The position numbers were made by a program, and so were the translations under genes. Under the pieces are notes generated by a model. That model saw only the letters and a list, made by a program, of their open reading frames with translations. It did no database searches and was not told the origin of the DNA. A DNA stretch of 7,106 nt from an uncultured archaeon (GTDB taxonomy: Archaea > Iainarchaeota > Iainarchaeia > Iainarchaeales > CSSED10-239), in NCBI GenBank assembly GCA_964468895.1, contig CAYXWT010000039.1, positions 1 through 7,106 on the forward strand. Reading direction: 5' to 3'. Of this stretch, positions 5,578 to 7,106 are shown piece after piece; position 1 is the stretch's first letter, and every line of letters starts with the position of its first letter.

Positions 5578-7106
5578 ATGAATTATAAGAAAATTGTATT
5601 TTCTTGTTTTGTATTTGTAATAACTGTTTGTTTTTTAACAAATTTTATTAATTCTGAGATTGCAATAGATAATAGTGCCCCCAAATTTAAAAATAATAAT
5701 AATGGTGAACTAACATTTTATTCTAATAGTTCAAGTTTAAAATTAAACAAAACTTCCATTTCAACTTATTCTTCTAAACCTGCTGATTTATCTGAAGCTT
5801 CTAAAAAATTAAATTCTAATTCTGAAAAAAAAATTATTTCTAAAAAAGAAAAATTCGATACCATTGATTTTAGTGAATTAAATTTAGATATATTTTCATT
5901 TTTAAATGTAAATGTAGAAGAACCACATGTTGATTATGACTTAGTTGATGAATTAAGTAATGATTTATTATTTCCTCCTGAAGAAGTGATTTCAAAGGAA
6001 GAATACACAGAATTATTAAGATTAGCAGCAAGTAATAGAGATCCTCCAATAAATTCTAATTCAAATACTACTGTTCCAAATTTAACAGGGACTTGTCCTA
6101 CTACTGGTGAGATACACATTCCAGTTTTATTAGTTGATTTTGCTGATCAACCACATACATTAGAAAGTACTGTTTATGAAGATATGTATAATTCAGATAA
6201 TTATTTGGATGATTCTGGAATAAGTGTAAAGGATTATTATTTACATGAATCTTATGGTTCACTTAATTTTGTTTTTGATATTTATGATTGGCAAACACTA
6301 AGTAATAATACTTATGAGTATTATAGAAATACATCTTCTACTCAATGGGAAATGATGTTAGATACTATTAATTTATTTGATAGTAATGTAGATTTTAGTC
6401 AATATGATAATGATGGTGATGGAAGATTAGATGGAATAGTTATAATACCAGCAGGAAATAATAGTTCAACTTATGGAATAAGATCACATGTTAGAATATT
6501 AAAAGAATATGATAGTAATCCTGTTGATGGAAAATATCTTGGAAATACAGCTTTAATTCCAGAAATAAGTTCAGGAAGTGCTTGTTATCCTGAAGATTGT
6601 AGGACTGTTGTAAATACTGTTACTCATGAAATGGGTCATATATTAGGACTTCCAGATCTTTATGAAATAAATCCAACAACTGGAGCTCAAGAAGGTTTAG
6701 GTATAAATGCATTAAGTATGATGAGTTGGACAAGTACTAATTCTCAAAAACCTATAAATTTAGATCCTTGGAGTAGATTTTATTTAGGTTGGTTAGAAGG
6801 TACTTTTATAGGTACATATGGTCCAAGTATGCAAGAAAATGAAGATCTTTGTAATGATACTATCCAAACACTTAGAAGTGTAAATGATTATCCTGATTTA
6901 GTAGTAGTAAGTTCAAATCATTTAAATGATAGAGAATTCTTTTTGGTGGAAAACAGATTTGTAGATGTAGATGATCCTAATAATTTGGATGTTGGTAATG
7001 ATATGGTTGTAGATCCTGATGATGAATTTGGACATTTAGGTTTAGCAATATATCATATAGATGAACAATATATTGAAGATAATTTTTTAACAAACAGTAT
7101 TGCTCA
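5578..7106 (+). CDS. Secreted M6-family (immune inhibitor A-like) zinc metalloprotease, 3'-truncated by the window edge
   Basis: I translated this by hand in frame 1; it is open from ATG 5578 to the window end (509 full codons). It is absent from the ORF track because it has no stop in the window. The signal peptide is MNYKKIVFSCFVFVITVCFLTNFINS. M6-domain hallmarks appear in order: TGEIHIPVLLVDFADQ, VKDYYLHESYGSLNF, VDFSQYDNDGDGRLDGIVII, THEMGHILGLPDLY and LDPWSRFYLGWL. Confidence 0.85.
   Translation, partial: MNYKKIVFSCFVFVITVCFLTNFINSEIAIDNSAPKFKNNNNGELTFYSNSSSLKLNKTSISTYSSKPADLSEASKKLNSNSEKKIISKKEKFDTIDFSELNLDIFSFLNVNVEEPHVDYDLVDELSNDLLFPPEEVISKEEYTELLRLAASNRDPPINSNSNTTVPNLTGTCPTTGEIHIPVLLVDFADQPHTLESTVYEDMYNSDNYLDDSGISVKDYYLHESYGSLNFVFDIYDWQTLSNNTYEYYRNTSSTQWEMMLDTINLFDSNVDFSQYDNDGDGRLDGIVIIPAGNNSSTYGIRSHVRILKEYDSNPVDGKYLGNTALIPEISSGSACYPEDCRTVVNTVTHEMGHILGLPDLYEINPTTGAQEGLGINALSMMSWTSTNSQKPINLDPWSRFYLGWLEGTFIGTYGPSMQENEDLCNDTIQTLRSVNDYPDLVVVSSNHLNDREFFLVENRFVDVDDPNNLDVGNDMVVDPDDEFGHLGLAIYHIDEQYIEDNFLTNSIA
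6625..6663 (+). other. Zinc-binding / catalytic HExxH motif of the M6 protease
   Basis: The codons read H-E-M-G-H-I-L-G-L-P-D-L-Y. This matches the M6 consensus HE(F/M)GHxLGLPDxY. Confidence 0.85.

Noticed and set aside
1264-5833. A8-A9 homopolymer tracts inside genes as possible slipped-strand phase-variation switches: 1264-1271 in the sortase-like gene, 2431-2438 and 5411-5418 in the surface protein, 5825-5833 in the protease
   Set aside because: An A7 run also occurs in the housekeeping S8e gene (827-833), and all the tracts encode Lys-rich segments expected in this AT-rich genome. Without read-level length variation there is no evidence they are switches.
5578-6090. The low-complexity N-terminal third of the protease ORF as a possible separate gene or fusion artefact
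   Set aside because: The frame is continuous with no stop or internal RBS/start context. It begins with a good signal peptide and SD, and long pro-regions are normal for secreted metalloproteases.
5934-6119. 61-aa ORF on the minus strand from the supplied track
   Set aside because: It lies wholly antisense inside the strongly supported M6 protease reading frame. It has no RBS, no recognisable motif and an atypical composition for this genome, so it is most likely a shadow ORF.
1-7106. Scan for CRISPR repeats, tRNA/rRNA genes, IS elements or terminal inverted repeats, and integrase/transposase motifs
   Set aside because: I saw no regularly spaced direct repeats, no GC-rich structured-RNA islands (every non-coding stretch is extremely AT-rich and 181 nt or shorter), and no DDE or tyrosine-recombinase-like ORFs in any frame.

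Overview
This is a very AT-rich fragment; hand counts on a few 60-nt lines give roughly 17-30 % G+C. It is almost certainly archaeal, because it encodes ribosomal protein S8e and a KEOPS Cgi121-like subunit, which occur only in archaea and eukaryotes. The low GC and small, divergent housekeeping proteins suggest a DPANN-type or similarly reduced archaeon, but that is inference. Left to right the window holds: the 3' end of a RelE/ParE-like toxin gene (1-158, +), Cgi121 (165-692, -), S8e (813-1208, +), a 190-aa polytopic membrane protein with the Cys/Arg/His motif layout of exosortase/archaeosortase transpeptidases (1255-1827, +), a 128-aa coiled-coil protein of unknown function (1840-2226, -), a 1013-aa secreted, sequon-rich, multi-module surface protein ending in a motif + TM helix + Lys-rich tail (2408-5449, +), and a secreted M6 (InhA-like) zinc metalloprotease that runs off the window (5578->7106, +). 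The most interesting reading is a compact cell-envelope module: a miniature archaeosortase beside a giant putative substrate whose C-terminal sorting signal (GLTGF...TM...KKNK) is none of the named CTERM classes I know, followed by a secreted protease. I found no rRNA, tRNA, CRISPR array or recognisable transposase. All family assignments are motif recognition from memory; no searches were run.
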